A stretch of 6,335 bases of DNA, taken from positions 1 through 6,335 of the IMG/VR virus record IMGVR_UViG_3300045988_011450; one strand, given 5' to 3'. The translations under genes were made by a program, and so were the position numbers. The stretch is from a virus. Of this stretch, positions 5,417 through 6,335 are shown one piece after another (the stretch's first letter is position 1; every line of letters begins with the position of its first letter). The notes beneath the pieces are model-generated. The model was not told the origin of the DNA. It saw only the letters and a program-made list of their open reading frames with translations, and ran no database searches.

Positions 5417-6335
5417 GTAGTTTATTTTCGTATGGAGATATTAAAAATTCTCCCCGTCGTTCTGGTTTCGATTTGTCGAACAAATGTGCGTTTACCGCTA
5501 AGGTAGGTGAGTTGCTTCCTACTTATTGGAAGTTCTGTATGCCTGGTGATAAGTTTAAGATTTCTCAGGAATGGTTTACCCGTACACAGCCAGTAGATAC
5601 TTCTGCTTTTACTCGTATTCGTGAATATTACGAGTGGTTCTTTGTTCCTCTTCATTTGCTTTATCGTAACAGTAACGAGGTGATCATGTCCTTGGAGAAA
5701 CAACCTAACTATGCCGCTTCTTCGTCTTCTTCCATTTCTTTTACAAGAAATTTACCTTTTCTTTCTTTGTCTGACATAAATTCAGCTATTGTTAACGTTG
5801 GTAAATCTACAAAACAAAAGAATTTCTTTGGTTTTAAGCGTGCAGACGGTTTTAAGAAGCTTTCTTCATACCTTGGCTATGGTGAAACTGATCCCTCTGT
5901 TATCGAGGTTGATTCTCGTGTTTCTGCTTTCCCGTTCTACGCTTATCAGAAGATTTATGCTGACTATTACAGAAATTCTCAATGGGAGAAAAATCAGCCT
6001 TGGACGTACAACTGTGACTTCTGGAACGGTGAGTCTGCATCTCCTGTTTCTACCTCGACTGACTTATTCAACACTCACCCTAATGACTCGGTTTTTGAGC
6101 TTCGGTATGCGAATTGGAACAAAGATCTTTGGATGGGCGCTTTACCTAATTCTCAGTTTGGTGATGTTGCTGCTGTTACTATTACCTCTGACCTTTCTAA
6201 ATATAAAGCCTCTGTTGCTGGTCGTGCTAATGTTAAAGGCATGATGCCTGTTGTTTATGGTGACGCTGGCGGCAATTCTGTCGGAGCTGAATTTATGGCA
6301 GGTATTCGCCAAGGTGGTATTAATGGAGCTCCTGG
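5413..6335 (+). CDS. VP1: Major capsid protein VP1 (F-like), N-terminal part; continues at position 1 after removing the 55-nt duplicate
   Basis: The ATG at 5413 overlaps the upstream stop (ATGA). My own translation is open to the window end: MSSLFSYGDIKNSPRRSGFDLSNKCAFTAKVGELLPTYWKFCMPGDKF...FFVPLHLLY...YAYQKIYADYYRN. The RxGFDLS / FTAKxGELLP / PGD / FFVP pattern is the conserved Microviridae capsid N-terminus. This ORF is missing from the ORF track because it has no stop inside the window. Confidence 0.95.
   Translation, partial: MSSLFSYGDIKNSPRRSGFDLSNKCAFTAKVGELLPTYWKFCMPGDKFKISQEWFTRTQPVDTSAFTRIREYYEWFFVPLHLLYRNSNEVIMSLEKQPNYAASSSSSISFTRNLPFLSLSDINSAIVNVGKSTKQKNFFGFKRADGFKKLSSYLGYGETDPSVIEVDSRVSAFPFYAYQKIYADYYRNSQWEKNQPWTYNCDFWNGESASPVSTSTDLFNTHPNDSVFELRYANWNKDLWMGALPNSQFGDVAAVTITSDLSKYKASVAGRANVKGMMPVVYGDAGGNSVGAEFMAGIRQGGINGAP
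6281..6335. repeat. Terminal direct repeat, copy 2 (circular-genome overlap)
   Basis: Exact copy of 1-55. An end overlap of this kind is typical of a circular contig reported linearly. A length of 55 nt would fit an assembler k-mer overlap (inference). Confidence 0.97.

Noticed and set aside
5789-6244. Very hydrophobic, Leu-rich 151-codon ORF in the +1 frame inside VP1, superficially like an embedded phiX174 E-type lysis protein or a holin for the M15 peptidase.
   Set aside because: The capsid gene's third-position T bias becomes second-position T in this frame, which automatically encodes L/F/I/V-rich pseudo-proteins. There is no start context or independent support. It is worth only a conservation check.

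Overview
The window is a complete, circularly permuted Microviridae ssDNA phage genome. It looks Alpavirinae-like and probably infects Bacteroidota. Bases 1-55 repeat exactly at 6281-6335, so the unit genome is 6280 nt. The major capsid gene starts at 5413 and wraps through the junction to its stop at 1019 (628 aa). All supportable genes are on the + strand, with strong T-ending codon bias and tight or overlapping junctions. In order they are: VP1 capsid, a 160-aa hypothetical protein, the VP2 pilot protein, the VP4 HUH replication initiator, then a three-gene accessory block (47-aa ORF, M15-family zinc peptidase, 70-aa ORF). The unusual part is the single large noncoding region (2619-3027, between VP2 and VP4). 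It holds a terminator-like hairpin and a ~190-nt GC-rich island (about 66% GC by hand count) with G7/G6 runs and several GC hairpins. It also holds two copies of the GCGAAGC DNA mini-hairpin heptamer and two further hairpins just upstream of the Rep gene. I read this region as a candidate replication-control module or structured RNA, but I cannot match it to a known family by eye. The M15 peptidase has no visible export partner, which is also unusual for a microvirus. I saw no rRNA, tRNA, CRISPR array or transposase.
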